Of a DNA stretch of 64,000 nt, positions 1-13,298 are shown piece after piece. The stretch is from contig OZ287751.1 in assembly GCA_965649765.1 (NCBI GenBank), forward strand, positions 26,846,001-26,910,000, given 5' to 3'. This DNA is from Bispira polyomma. Taxonomy: Eukaryota. Under the pieces are notes generated by a model that saw only the letters and a program-made list of their open reading frames with translations, was not told where the DNA came from and ran no database searches. The position numbers were made by a program, and so were the translations under genes. The stretch's first letter is position 1; every line of letters starts with the position of its first letter.

Positions 1-533
1 GAAACAAACCCGAAGAAGAAAATGTTAACAACGTATCGATAATCATCTTTTGTAAATGTACAAGTATTTAGATTGGCATTCATTAAGATTAAGCAAATTA
101 TCTCCCAAACAACCCCAAAGAAGAAAATGTATGAAACATATCGATAATCATCTTTTGTAAATGTACAAGTGTTTAGATTGGCATTATTACGATTTAGCAC
201 ATTATCTCTCATGATAAGCAGAAGCTGGATATTTTGAATGTTAACAATGTCATAACTTTTGCAGTCGGTAGGAACTTTTCTGAGAATATCACAGAAATTC
301 ACATGATCAAAGGGAATTTTATAAGGATACAACAGATATAAAAGAGATCTTGATGCTTCAGATTTACTATCAGTCATAGTCAGTTTTCCACATAACCAAA
401 AATACGGTTTCCACTCTCTAAGAGACACTTTATGAATTTGAAAAATATTTTATGTAACTGAGCTTCCACAGGGATGTCATCAAATATTAAAGGCAGGTAC
501 TGGGAATGTGTTGGAAAATGCAAACCAATAAAC
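1..533 (-). mobile_element. 3' part of a non-LTR retrotransposon (L2/CR1-group-like ORF2 C-terminus), running off the window edge
   Basis: Near-identical to 48679-49319. The minus-strand translation THSQYLPLIFDDIPVEAQLHKIFFKFIK resembles the post-RT C-terminal region of L2/Crack-like LINEs. Contains 2 copies of a 105-bp repeat. Confidence 0.6.
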
Positions 534-1381
534 TGGAGTGTGGTTATTACGTTGAAGGACTCCCTCCTAAACTTCAGGAAGGAATGTTCTGGCAGTTTCC
601 CAGCCTCCATGGCTAACCAGTTCAAAAAAGCTCCTCGTGGTCCTTCAGCTTGGGGTTTCTTGGCCTCCTTCAGGATTCTTGTTATTGTCTCTTCCATCCT
701 CTCAATCGCAAAATTAAATACTGAACTGTCACTCCTGGATAGGGTAGAGGATTCGAAGGCTGTTGAAGTTTTGGATGAAGCCACATTGAGGGATGACTCC
801 ATCTCACCCTGATATGTATCAGAGTGAGACACCCCTGGTGTTGGACATTTACAAGGAGCAGCCCCCTGAGAAGCTGATGCGATAGGCTTGAAGCCGGCAG
901 ACTTGTTAAGCTGGCACTTTATATGCGGCTTAAGGAAGTCGAAGCTGGTCTTCACCCACTGCTGTCACTCGGTCAACTCGATGGCAGCTTACCCAGACTA
1001 GCCCATACTCAGCTTGCCAAAGATAGTCCTCTAGGTATGGAACCACTTCATAACTTCTGTCTTATCTAATCCAGTGGCCGTGCAGTACTCCTTCCACAGC
1101 ATGTTTTTCTTCTGAGTGTCTTTATACTGTGAATCGTGCTTATTGTAGAGCCACTCACAATTCTTCAGGAAGTCCACTACAGCCTCCTCCTGCTTATCAG
1201 CTAACAACACAGTCCTTATTTTCCCCTTCTTGTGTTTGCGACTGGGGTCGGCCGCCACCTCCCTGTCCAGTGTATCCTGTGTTTCCCAAATATCCTGGGT
1301 ATCGTGGCTCTGGGAAAAAAGTTCTGGGGTGTCACTCTCTATCTCGGACTGTTGAGTTTCTGTTACCCCTGTTATAATCAT
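534..1381 (-). pseudogene. Harbinger accessory MADF (Myb/SANT-like) protein with BESS-like C-terminus, disrupted
   Basis: AVVDFLKNCEWLYNKHDSQYKDTQKKNMLWKEY...EVMKWFHT* matches the MADF pattern, with a stop at 1031-1033. The downstream fragment PRGAFLNWLAMEAGKLPEHSFLKFRRESFNVI is BESS-like. Confidence 0.7.
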
Positions 1382-2115
1382 CTATAATAATATTTCTTAA
1401 AATATTGCCAATTGATGTGTTCTCTCTGAAAGCTGTGATGAATCTGTTGTAAGAAGAGTGACTCATCCACCTTTTCTACAATCTGCTTCCCGCCCTCGAT
1501 TAATCCAATATTTGCGCCTGAGTTATCGGTTTCACTCCTGAGTTATTCTTTATTCCGCCTGACCTATCGTTGGTCTTCCCAAGCTATCTTTACACTCGGG
1601 GCTTCCTAAAGATCTATTGGCCACTTCTCCCGAGTTATCTTTAGAATCGGGAGCTTGGTAAAGACCTATCCTTATGACATTCCTGGGCTATCTTTAGAAT
1701 CAGGCGATTTCTTACAATCGATTGTTAACATCTGACAGGATAACTCGGGAGAAGTGGACAATGACTCATAATGCCCCCGACCCATCGGGATGGATGGGAC
1801 AATAAATCCTTATCATGATGGCTAAATTTACTCCCGATTTAGATCCTGATTGAACAGATATGTCTTTTTAAGGTAAAGATAACTTGTTGGCAGCTGACAA
1901 TTGACCTCGATTGACCCTAATCTATCAGATGAAGGTCAGCCATTCGCAGAGGTTTTCAAACATCTTAGTTAATTGGGACAAGTGACCAAGAGTGTCCTGA
2001 GTGACGACGATAAGTCGGGACAACTCACCCATTGTCCCGAAGATTGTCCCAATTATATACCGATTGTATAATCAGGATGGTCGGGAGCTATAATTGGCAT
2101 GGTGGGACAGCCCCT
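534..2115 (-). mobile_element. PIF/Harbinger DNA transposon remnant (one terminus plus the MADF/Myb accessory ORF)
   Basis: Terminus GGTGGGACAGCCCCT at 2101-2115 followed by TTA. A subterminal region rich in TCGGG/CCCGA lies at ~1490-2100, and a MADF-like ORF is inside. Confidence 0.7.
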
Positions 2116-3260
2116 TTAATGTAATAAAACACAATCAGAGTAAAGTTTCAATCTCTGTCTTAGGAGATTCTAAGGGACAACTATTCAAATTATATTCTGG
2201 AAATCTTATATTTATAGAAGTGTTATAATCATAGATCTAAGATGCCGGTATATTGTGAAAATGGGAAGAGTACATTCTTTTTTACAGCAACCAGGTTTTG
2301 ATCATATAAAATAATATAAATGGCTTATTGTTTAAAACTTATATATGACCAAATTTATGACAAAGTATCTGCTAAGGTGTATATAAGTACAACTTTTAGC
2401 TGGAAAAAAATACCTAACACACCATTGCTGCGGTATACATGCAAACAATCACAGATCTGGCAGGGAAACCCCCAGGTATATTGTAGCTGTGGTATCCTTG
2501 AGGTGTCACCCCTTTTTATGTGCACAAGTACAGCCAACCAGTAACAGTAACTGTCTCTCTTCAAACTAAAGACAGAGGCTGAAAAATGGCATCATTTATC
2601 AATGAACCCAGTATTGTTCGACCTGCCAGTTGGAATCGTTCTTAGACCGAGACCAAAATATGGTTCTTACAAGTCATAGTCACTATGTATCTGCTATATC
2701 TAGGATGCCACTGTCACAATGACACAATTGGCTAGGTTACCACCTGTGCCAACATGGCAGCACTTCTGATTACAAAACCTTAATTTAGATGAGGTTATTG
2801 ATGACAGACTCACTTGTTGCTCTGGAGTGTTACCCTTAACACCTGGTTATATATTTTGTGTCAATTTACTGAAGCTTACAGCCGGTAGAAATATATGAGG
2901 AAACCATTTATCAACACTGGGCATAAGACTCAATAACAGAGTACTTGTATGCACTGATAAGTATGTGACCATGTAAAAATACAATTGCACTTTTGAATGC
3001 CTCGCATGAACACTTAACTATTACAATTCTATATTGCATGGTATCAGACAGGGACTTTATCAAAAGCTGCAAAAATCTACATCAATCTCTGAGGAATTGA
3101 ACTTCAAGTCGGTCTTGGCTCACATTTATAAAAGCTCCACTGGCTCACTGCCAATCGAGTTCTGTGTAAAATTTTAATTAAATGTTTTCAATTTCCTCCG
3201 TGATATATTTCAGCATTCTCACGAGAGGCAATCATTACTCCAACTTTTTCATATCTTTAA

Positions 3261-4427
3261 TCCCGTGGTCACACTCAGTACTTTCGCATTTTCGTAACAG
3301 GGAGAAAAACAAAGTTAAAAACCATGGAAAAATGGGGAAACATAGCAAAAATCAAATATATGGGCTGTTTTGTACTCGTTCAGTACTCATCTGTACACGT
3401 TTGTACACACATTGAATATGTTTTATTAGCCATTTTCATTATGTTTAACTCGTTAGACACCTTTTAATAATACGTGAGCCTTGTTGGCCATGTTTTAGCC
3501 TCGTTATCACGCTTCTAAACCCCTTTTCAGTCTAGTTTTTAATATTTGTAAACCTGTTTCGCCCTCGTTCTCCTCGTCCCTAATATTATGTGTAGGTATA
3601 GTTGGTTTTACTCCTGTTGTTCATGTCAAATACGCATTATATAAGTTTTGATACTTTTCTGCGAACGCACCACCCGTTTCCTGAAAGTTTTGCAGCAAAT
3701 GGCAAAAAACATATCACCGAGTGACCTATTTTCGTGGGTGTCCTATTTTCGTGGATAAGTGTTTCTAATACTGATCAGCTAGTGATCTGTGTCAAAGTGG
3801 AGTGTGTGTGTAAAATGTCCTCATAAAACAGTTATGTTTGCATTTTAACAATTGAAAATGGTTCTTGTATCAATATGTTAATAAAAAACGAAATTAAATT
3901 TGAAAATGTGACTAAAACCAGTTTATTTTTGAGCATGTTAAATATCTATTATTAATCATGTTAAATAGCTCACTTCTGATGGGGTTTTTATCTTCAAAAT
4001 GTTAGATCTTGAACTTGTTTTCATTGAAAATATCAGCCGTGGTAAGGTACTTATTAAAAAAAAATTTACGGCTCTTATTACAAATACCCATGAAAATAGG
4101 ACCCTCTGTTTGAGGCTATTTAAAAATGTAATTTATTGGAGCTAAATTTTAAAAAGTCAAAAGTACTGAGATTCCTTAATTTTTAGTTCTGATTATGTAC
4201 AAATAAATTAGATAGATCATGAAAAATACTAGTCCAAAGTCTTTTATGAATTTTTGTGCAGCAAAGTTCAAGTTTGTGTCATGTTTAAGTAGCTTACTCT
4301 TATGCCCATGAAAATAGGTCACTCGAGTATAAATGTTTACTATGTTTTACTTCCGTTCACTACGTTTTACCTTACGTTCGGCATTTTTTGTGTGTAAGCT
4401 AAATGTAAGCTCAGTGTGACCACAGCA
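3261..4427. mobile_element. Harbinger/Tourist-like MITE
   Basis: TIRs TCCCGTGGTCACACT (3261-3275) and AGTGTGACCACAGCA (4413-4427) match at 13/15. Flanks are TAA and TTA. Confidence 0.65.
3716..4328. mobile_element. MITE nested inside the Harbinger-like MITE
   Basis: TIRs CGAGTGACCTATTTTCGTGGG (3718-3738) and CCCATGAAAATAGGTCACTCG (4305-4325) match at 20/21. Confidence 0.7.
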
Positions 4428-7249
4428 TTAGAGTCTGAGCACATTCTGAATAGACTGCCAATAAACAGCCGAAACAAAGATTCCTGGTTTTGTTTTAAAA
4501 CATCCCTCTTAAAACCCCTTTCTCCATCTACTTGGTGTTTTTTCTATAATATATCTGTGATTATGACTGGACCAATCGATGAGAAACCTTTTATTCCACC
4601 AGACTACTCTTTATTGGAACATGATTGGGGATATTCACCTCCAGAGAATGAATGCCTGAGTTGTGGTGCTATAGAAGTTTATAACATTAACATTACATGG
4701 ACTGCCATCTTGTGCAATTAGAAATTACGTCTAGGAGAATAGCCAAGAATCAGGTGTTTCTTTAAAATTAATGGTCCGAGCCGAATGTTGTGAAAGTCGA
4801 TTCATGTAAAGTTACTGATGTTTCTGACTGACATAAAATTTTATGCAAGTTAATTTATAAATCAGTGGTGACCAGTGTGCCAACTAGAATTGGTGCAGAG
4901 TTGGCCAGACTGTGGTCGAGTTTGCTTTGGCGATGAGTCAACAATATATACCCTAAAAAGTGTCAACATTGATGATACTTTCCATGTGACAAATTACACC
5001 TTCTTCATTAATGAACACACAATTGTCTTCACAAACTCTTGTTTAGAATACAATTCTAATAACAGAGCTCACTGTATCAAGAATAGACCATATAAAGTAG
5101 GTTGCTATCTGTCATGAAACTCAGCAATAACAAAGCACCATAATTGCCTCAATGCCACTTAGTAATAGTGCTTAATTGCAAAATTACAAAGGGGACTACA
5201 ACTCGTGTAAATAGTATCAACTACAGAAGAGGTTCTTTTCAAAGATTTGAATTCTATGCGTAGGGGAATTGTCGTGAAGCAGGAGTTTCTCTAAAATTAA
5301 TTGTCCAAGCCGAAGGCTTAAACTGCTTAAACCTAAGGTGACAGTAATGAATAAAGGTAAGGCGATAAAATTATATGTTAATATAATTTTATTTAACGAT
5401 TTTCATGAATAAAGCCAACATAAATTTATGATGTACCAATGTAAACTTAACTGCCTATGTTTATAGAAATGCACTGATTTGACAGCACGGAAATGGGATA
5501 TGACAGTCATTTTAAACAACAGAGAAGTGGTCTTAGTGGACCCCTCTATAAAACTGCTTAAGTTAAGTAAAACAATTTTAGAAACATGTCAGGGCAAAGT
5601 CCTTGTTAATTAAAACTTTTTTAAGCGAAGATGTATATAAGAAGAGCTTGACAGTGAAAGGGACTAAAGGAGTAGCATATATTTTTTACTTAATATTGGT
5701 TATGAAATATTGATCTGGTTGCTTTGATAATGAAGCCGGCCATCACCCTGGAGGCCACAGTATTTGGATCTATAAGAGATCATGAATTAGTTCATAGCTG
5801 TGAAACAATTGAAGCACAGTAATTTATCAAAAAATCCCAATTTTTTGCGATAATATAAGATTATTAATTAGTTGACAGGTGTGCAGCAATCGAACCACAA
5901 TAATTTATTAAACAATAAAAACTTTTGGATATCACTTTGTTGCATTTAGTGTAATAGTGTATGAATTAAGCTTTCATACAATGGTTGACAAACAGTACAT
6001 TCTATAAAAAGAGGCATGTGTTGAAAACAATATGTATCACACAAACAAGTAATTAAAAAAAAACATATTATTGCAAAAATCTTCTGATAAGCCATATAAA
6101 CATATTACCACTTTTAAGAAATACTCGAACTACCATAAACGTATATGTCTTACCAACAAACATTACAACTTACTTAGTCAATTTTATATTTTATATATTG
6201 ACCCTGTTTTAGTATTGCATAGTTTTGTAAGTTAGTAAAACACACACACACTCATAAAACAGGACTTTAATCAGAATGAACAAAAGAGGCATGAGTTCCC
6301 AAACAACCTGGCATTATTTATAGCCCAAAGTCACAGAAGGGCAATGGTTAATTTCCCCTGAGAAGAATTACCTTTGTTTCCTGCTTCCCCTCACACTTTG
6401 ATTTTTTTCCCTTGCCTCCAACCTCTAACTACAAACCCTGTTGATCCAGAGTAATCTTGAAATTCCCACTTAGCCATCCATCAATCAGTGACAGGCAATG
6501 TCAATGGGGTTCATATGTATGCAAATGCAAAAATAGTTATCAGTTTGGCGCTTTTCCTAATATAATAAACATAAACTGAAATATGAAGTCATTGTTATAG
6601 TGAAAATAATGAGTAATATAACTTAAATTGTCATTAGAAATCATTGAAATATAAGTGAGAACCCCATTTCTAACAAAAAAATCTTCACATTTTTTTTATT
6701 AAAAATAAAGAACACTTTAAGTTGACATTTGGGCATGGGCACTTATTAGTAAGTATTTGATATGAAGAGTTTTTTTTTTTTGGCTAGTGGCACTCACTTT
6801 GGCCGCAATTTTTTTTGTGGATATATTTTACAAGTTTATTCTTAAAATTGAAAAAAGGGTTTATATAAAGCTGTATTGCTGTACAGAGACAATAGACCTT
6901 TAAACCACAGTTTTATTTTTAAAGGTCATTGTCTCTCAAGCTGAATAAATCTCCCTAGTCTGAGAACTGCACGATCAAGACCTGTAGTATTTGCCTATCA
7001 AAAGTGCATCTTTGTGTTTGTCCTGATATTTGCTGTGTTGTATTTTTAGTGTGCTTTTACACTGATATTGCTTATTCACACTATCTCTCATTTGATTCTA
7101 ACTGTGCCATTATAATTATAGTACAAACCATTCAAATAAATTTAAAAAAGTAGTCAGATTATGCCCGATTGATAAGTCATTGGTATAAAATTCTAAACTT
7201 GTTTCTATATTGTATTGTAATATATTACGTATTTTATTGTACTTTATAG

Positions 7250-7870
7250 ATGCAAGGCATCATCTAAAGTGCAACAACCAAATCAATAAAACAATCGTGA
7301 AGTCCTAAGACATCAGTCTCATGGAAGGATGTGGGGCTGTACATAGGGGGAATTAACGAGGTTAAATGAGTTTGAAAAAATAGATTTGTCATAAACCCAG
7401 ACAGTGTTTCCAGTAATCTAAGCTGAACTGGTAGACCAATCCATAACAGCTATTGAGAAAGATCTATATTCAGTCCTCTTTGGTTTTTACAGAAGAAACA
7501 GAGAGTATATTTCCTCTTTTAAGGTTACTGAAAGAATGATGAGTAACAATGTAGGAAAACTGTTCAGAGGCAACAGATTTGAAAGTTGTGCCATGAATTT
7601 AAAACAAAATCCTATAATAAATGGAAAGCTAATGTTTGAGGTAGGGAATGACATTGGTTTGTATGCCCATGTAAAATATTACTCCACATATATAGTTTTG
7701 AATGGTCTGTAACTTTTTAATGCGAGACTTATTTACCCTAAACAAAAGAGAATTGCAGTAATCGAGGTGGCTACTTACAAGAGTATGAGCAACAATCATA
7801 GCAGTATTCAATGACAAGTGATTTCTGATTCTTTTGCTTTCACAATAGTAAAGTCCCATTTTAATCCATC
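7250..7870 (-). mobile_element. Decayed L2 LINE 3' fragment
   Basis: [31 protein letters not shown] is homologous to the L2 ORF2 at 22231-23070. A degenerate L2 3' stem-loop lies at ~7240-7275. Confidence 0.8.
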
Positions 7871-9489
7871 TCATTGCAGCAAAATTACTCAAAAACTATA
7901 CATGGGAACTATTTTACGTATTACCAGAATTTCAAGCATTATCCGCGAGGTGTTCATTTTGCCAGCATGACATGAGGATGGAGCCATATCGTAATGTATT
8001 GTTAACTTTACGTCAGTTTTTAAACTAGATCGTAAATATAGTACTAGCATTACGATTATTTTTTACAAGTGCCACAGAGGTTATGTTTTCATTATGTTTG
8101 TTAGTTGGTTTACTCGCATCGACACAGATGTTTTTAAAATATTTTCACTTATATCTGTTGGTTTATCTGTTTGTTTGTCATTAGGAATACACAAACACCA
8201 CTGAACCGATTTACATGAAATTTAGTGACGGGACATGGGGAAAATCAAGTAAATTGTAGAGAATATCTAGATCAAGGAATTATTTTCACTTTGTTTGTAC
8301 TGCGACACTTTCGTGGAGGTATGCAGTATACTGAGTGACCTTCTATTTACAAACTCTGTTGTAAACAAGATCAACCGTATGTATTGTTTCTCACATCACA
8401 ATATGTGAACAATATGAACTGTTATCACTTCCCATTTGATCTGTAGTAAGTAATTTATTCAAGCCACATATCAAGCCCATTATCAGCTGAAGTCAGCAAT
8501 GATTTATCTATTACAAACATAGATGCACCTGAAAATTCCTCTCCCTCTGGACTGTATATACATGTATACATTACATATAAAAACAAAACACTCTTGTGTT
8601 TTACTAGAGGGGTATTAATTACTTGGTATACGAGTAGCCTTTTTTCATGATAGTGTTTACTAAGGAAATGACAGGGCTATCAATAGGACAATCCATCGTT
8701 AGATGGAATTGGTGCTCAGGTAAAACACATACTAGCCGGAAATTTACATCTTAGCACAAAATTGATAACCTAGATATATACACATGTATATATATATATA
8801 TATCTAGAGAAGTTTATAGTTTATACTTCTGCAAAAACTACTAGAGAAGAAATCCATTTATCTGAATGCTGCCGCAGACATGACCTTTAGTCAAATAAAC
8901 GAGAGATTCGGATACTCGGGAGGGTCAGGCGAATAAATTGGTAAAATAGAAGACATTTTTTACATAACATAAAGTGTGTCAACTCTGATCACAAACCCAT
9001 TCTACTATGGATTATTCTTTTACATACTGATCGGGATGTGCACCACAGAAGAGTCAGGTCATTGATTGTGGCGCTATAGAAGTAAAAACAATAACTAACT
9101 TACCAAGGGATCAATTTTTGAATAAAATAGATATAGATCGTAAAAATCGTGTTTTATTATTCTTAGGTTTTATTACAATATGAATTTATTTATTCACCAT
9201 TTAGAACTAGACTACTGAAGGAATCGGGACAAAGTGATAGTACAGCTTTTAGAATACAAGTTTTGTTTCGGACAAACAATTGGTGCCATTTAGGCATACT
9301 TACATATTGATAGTTCCACTTGTTTTAAATCCTATGTTCTATTTTGATTAATATACTGCCCAAATTAAATCTATGGATATAGCTTTTCAAGTATTTTGCA
9401 AATTGAAGTTAAAGAGTTAAATTATTGCAGCCTAAAATTGGTCCAATATAGGCATACTTATACAGATAGTCTATTCCTTTTAACTTACC

Positions 9490-10400
9490 TTTTGGAGTCC
9501 CCTAGTGATCCGTCTTGGGGCCCCCTTTATTTATTATTTACACCTTTCCTCTGTGTTTTGTTATAAATAAACTCAATATCAAACATCACATGTATGCCGA
9601 TGACACCCAAATGTACCTATCATTAACAGCAAACAATGCACAAGATCAGCTCAGCATCCTTGCCGGATGGAGTCAAGAAACAATCACTCAATCCTGACAA
9701 AACAAAATTTATACTAATCGGCACTAAAAAGAGACAGGAATAAACTTAAATCACTGTTTCCTATTAATCTACTTGGCAATGACGTACTTCCAACGGATAA
9801 AATAAATAATTTAGGTGTCACTTTTGACTCCCTCTTTTCTTTTAATGATCATATCTTTAATATACGTTGATCTTGTTACCTCTAAATTCGTGACTTCAAG
9901 AGTATTAGAAAACTCCTATACCATTAAACCGCAATAGTTGCACTCGTAAGCAGCCTATTGGACTACTGCAATTATCTGCTTCTTGGACTAAAGAAGTACC
10001 AGCTGCAAAGACTACAATCAATTCAGAAGCCCCTCTGCAGAGATGTGTGCCGTGTGAGATCACATGTCAGTACGACTCCTTTTCTCAGAAGGCCACATTA
10101 ACTACCCGTCAAGTACCGTATCATTTCCAAGACCAATGTTACTACATACAACGCTGTAAAACTATGTCAGCCCCCATATCTTGCCTCATTGTTGTCTTTC
10201 CAGACTTACCAGGGGAAACAGAATTTCAGTCTCTGATACCAGGACTAGTAAACAGATTGGATCCTATGCCTTCTCTGTTACAGTACCTACCCCATGGAAT
10301 AATTTACCAACAATATACGATCCCAAAAAACCCTCTCTGGCTTTAGAAGTAACCTTTCTCTTCAACCTCAACCCAATCATGAATTTGCTTTGGAAACAAC
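9490..10400 (+). mobile_element. Decayed L2 LINE fragment (RT to 3' end)
   Basis: GPPLFIIYT...[15 protein letters not shown] motif, followed by DYCN and PWNNLP motifs across frameshifts and stops. Confidence 0.85.
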
Positions 10401-11748
10401 TATGTTAATGATGTCGCATAAAAATCTATCATATTATATAGTTTCACTTGTGTTAAGCCTATATTTTATTTTGAGTGATATTATGCACAAAGTAAATATT
10501 CGTATTAACATTCAGTTTTGTTACAGGCCATGTGACTATATACTACTCAATGAAAACACCTTAAGACTGTTACACAAGTCTGTAACAAGTTCTAGAATTC
10601 CAGGGTGTGGCCATGTTGGATTTGACAGATGAATACATATAATGCTAAACCGTATAAGGACGATGCTATCAACCCTGTTGCTTGTGATAGTAGCAATATC
10701 TTCCTTTAATATGGCCGCCACGCCCTGTCCAGTGAATTTAGCCTACTATTGGACCTCAATCAAGTGATACATCACCAAATGAATGGCTACATATATAAGT
10801 CTACCACTATTTGCTAGTCTCATTTAGGTAATAGTCCTTGTCTCCTATTCGCCTCCTTGTGTGCGGGCTGCAAAGGTGGGGCGCTGGGAGGCATAAGCCC
10901 CTTACTTGCTAGGCGAATCGGTGCCGTAGATGTTGGGTCCTAACACACGTTTGCTGGTCAGGGCTGCACCCGTGGTCCTGGCATTTTTATCATATGCACT
11001 ACAAAATTTACATATATTCATAGTGACATTTTACAAACATAAGCCTTGAAGAAATTAGGGTTACTTGCACAGAAAGTATCAGTTAATTAAGCTATCCTTA
11101 TAAATGGAAAACATGTCACAGAAACAGGTGCTCTCACAGTGCAGAGACACACATTCAATACACATTAGGGTCACCTTAGACTAAGGTTAAGGCAATGTAC
11201 TCATAAATGTGTTTAAATATGGTCGGTATTATAAATAAACAACCCAAACAAGTTTTGTTCTGTGTTCTTATTCTACTCATCTGCTTGCCATATTCCACTT
11301 TCACCTTATCTGACTTCAACTCGGGCAAACTGTAGTTAATAGTCCTTAATTATTTCTGAGGTAAGAGTCCACTTCATGTGTATCACAACTATTACTGTGG
11401 CATCAACCAATGTGGGTTAATGCACAAATAAATCTCATAATGGACACTAATTGTAGATAATTACTAATCCATGACATGGGCCCATTCTATCTTGATGAAG
11501 GATGTCCCTCATTAAACTATTGGCATGCTGCAGTTTATAAATACACCACTAATAGACTATGCTTTGTAGAAGGCTTTTAACAAAATGTCTTAATTATTGT
11601 GGGGGGGGGGGGGGGCTGCTTCTGGGGGGTGTATGGTTTAGCTCACACACTTAGACATCTCAAAACTTTGGTGAATAACTTATTTGATCAAAACACCCAC
11701 TTCCAAGTATAAGGTACTGTTTTTCAGGGTACAAGTCAGATTAAGTGC

Positions 11749-12006
11749 AGAATAGCCAAGAATCAGGTGTTTCTTTAAAATTAATGGTTCGAGCCGAAGG
11801 TAAGGTAAATAAAGGTAAGGCGATGCAATTTCATGTTAATATTATTTTATATCATAATTTTGATGAATAAATGTAATATATATTTTAAAGTTACTGAATA
11901 TGATGTACCAATGTAAACTTGAACTGAGTAATTTATTAAACAAAGTCATTCAATAATGTGGCCCAGAAAGCAGACAGTACATTCTTTAAAAAGAAACACC
12001 TGATTT
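11749..12006. mobile_element. Small MITE-like repeat; partial copies at ~4735-4790 and ~5275-5460
   Basis: AATCAGGTGTTTCTTTAAAA near the left end and inverted TTTAAAAAGAAACACCTGATT at the right end. The left end recurs almost exactly at 4737-4785. Confidence 0.55.
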
Positions 12007-12712
12007 TAACATAGGTATCACCCAAACAGTTTAAGTGAATTTAGAAGTTAAAGTTGTGAAGACAGTATCAAGAGTTTGCGGATAAAGTATTTTCAATAAA
12101 TCTATATATAGTTAAGATATGCAATACAAAGGACATAAGGCCACCTTGCATTAAGTAAAGTTAATAGATATACATTCTTAATTTAAGTCTAAACTTAAAG
12201 AGAATTTTATAGAAGATGAACAGCCTTTTTAAATTTTATTGTACACTTTTATAGAGATAGAAAATGGTTCTTTGATTTATGTTGTCAATAAATGTGTAAG
12301 TAAATGTTATTCTCTTAAGTTCAGAGGGTGGTAGCCATTGGGGACTCTATGAGAGCTAGTTGACTGTTTACTAAAGTATTTTTCTCCACGAGAATGTCAA
12401 AATCCAGTTGGCTGGTGTAGCAGTATTTTAGTGCCAGGAGTCCAGTGCAGACCTTCCACTGGTGTGATTTCTGCCACAGCGAGATTTTTGGGGGGAATGA
12501 TTCAATTACTGTAACCAGCTGCACATTGACAGCAGAGGGCAAACCGGCTACAGTGTGGAGAGTCCCGGGTACAGATGTAAATAATGTCACTCAGCTCATA
12601 TACTATATGATGTCTCATCCTGTATCGGGGAAATCAGGGATTTAAGCTGGAAATGTCACTGAATTCAAAATTAACTGGAATTTATTGAAACAAATGGTAA
12701 TGTTTTTTTTTT

Positions 12713-12797
12713 TAACTCAACACAACTTAAAATGTAAATTTTTTAACTCAACACAACTTAAAATGTTATTTGTTAACTTAACACAACTTAAAATGTA
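12713..12797. repeat. Short tandem repeat, ~3 copies of a ~31-bp unit
   Basis: TTAACT(C/T)AACACAACTTAAAATGT repeated three times. Confidence 0.8.
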
Positions 12798-12849
12798 AAG
12801 GTTAATAGACTTAAAATTACATGTTCACCTATGCATGCCATTAGCCATT

Positions 12850-13050
12850 AGTTCATTGTAAGGACATAGAAGTATATGGGACCCTGTGTTCGATCCAAGC
12901 GATGCGGCCCCTAAGTACAAGCAGAGACTCAGTGGCTCAAATGACCACTTAAAATCCTCTGTCATTGGGTCATATCTCCAGTGACAGGCTGAAGATTCTT
13001 TAGGATGTTGATAAATGATCAACCTTAGGTTTCTGTCATCAAGTAGGGGA
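12850..13050 (+). mobile_element. Degenerate tRNA-derived SINE (same family as 45826-46020)
   Basis: B-box-like GTTCGATCC, and the body motif AGTGGCTC(A/G)(A/G)ATGACCACTTAAA shared with 45916-45938. Confidence 0.45.
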
Positions 13051-13298
13051 ATGCCAGTTACTTACCAGTATGAATAAAGGCAGATAAAGTTGAATACAAA
13101 TACAGGTAATAAGTTTTATTCCCAGTGAACTTTAATGTTGCTAGAGTAGTGTAATTCAGACAGGTGGTATAATGCTGATAAAGTATCTTTTACAAACAAA
13201 GGTAGCTCTTATATAGTAATTCAAACCTGTAGCTTTTTTTAACCCTGAAAACCAATCAGCATAATTTAATCTATCCAAATTTACTCGTCGTCTTTAGG

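Noticed and set aside
380-955. 191-aa ORF as a host gene
   Set aside because: It is a chance in-frame fusion of a Harbinger BESS-like fragment with a LINE fragment across the junction at 533/534.
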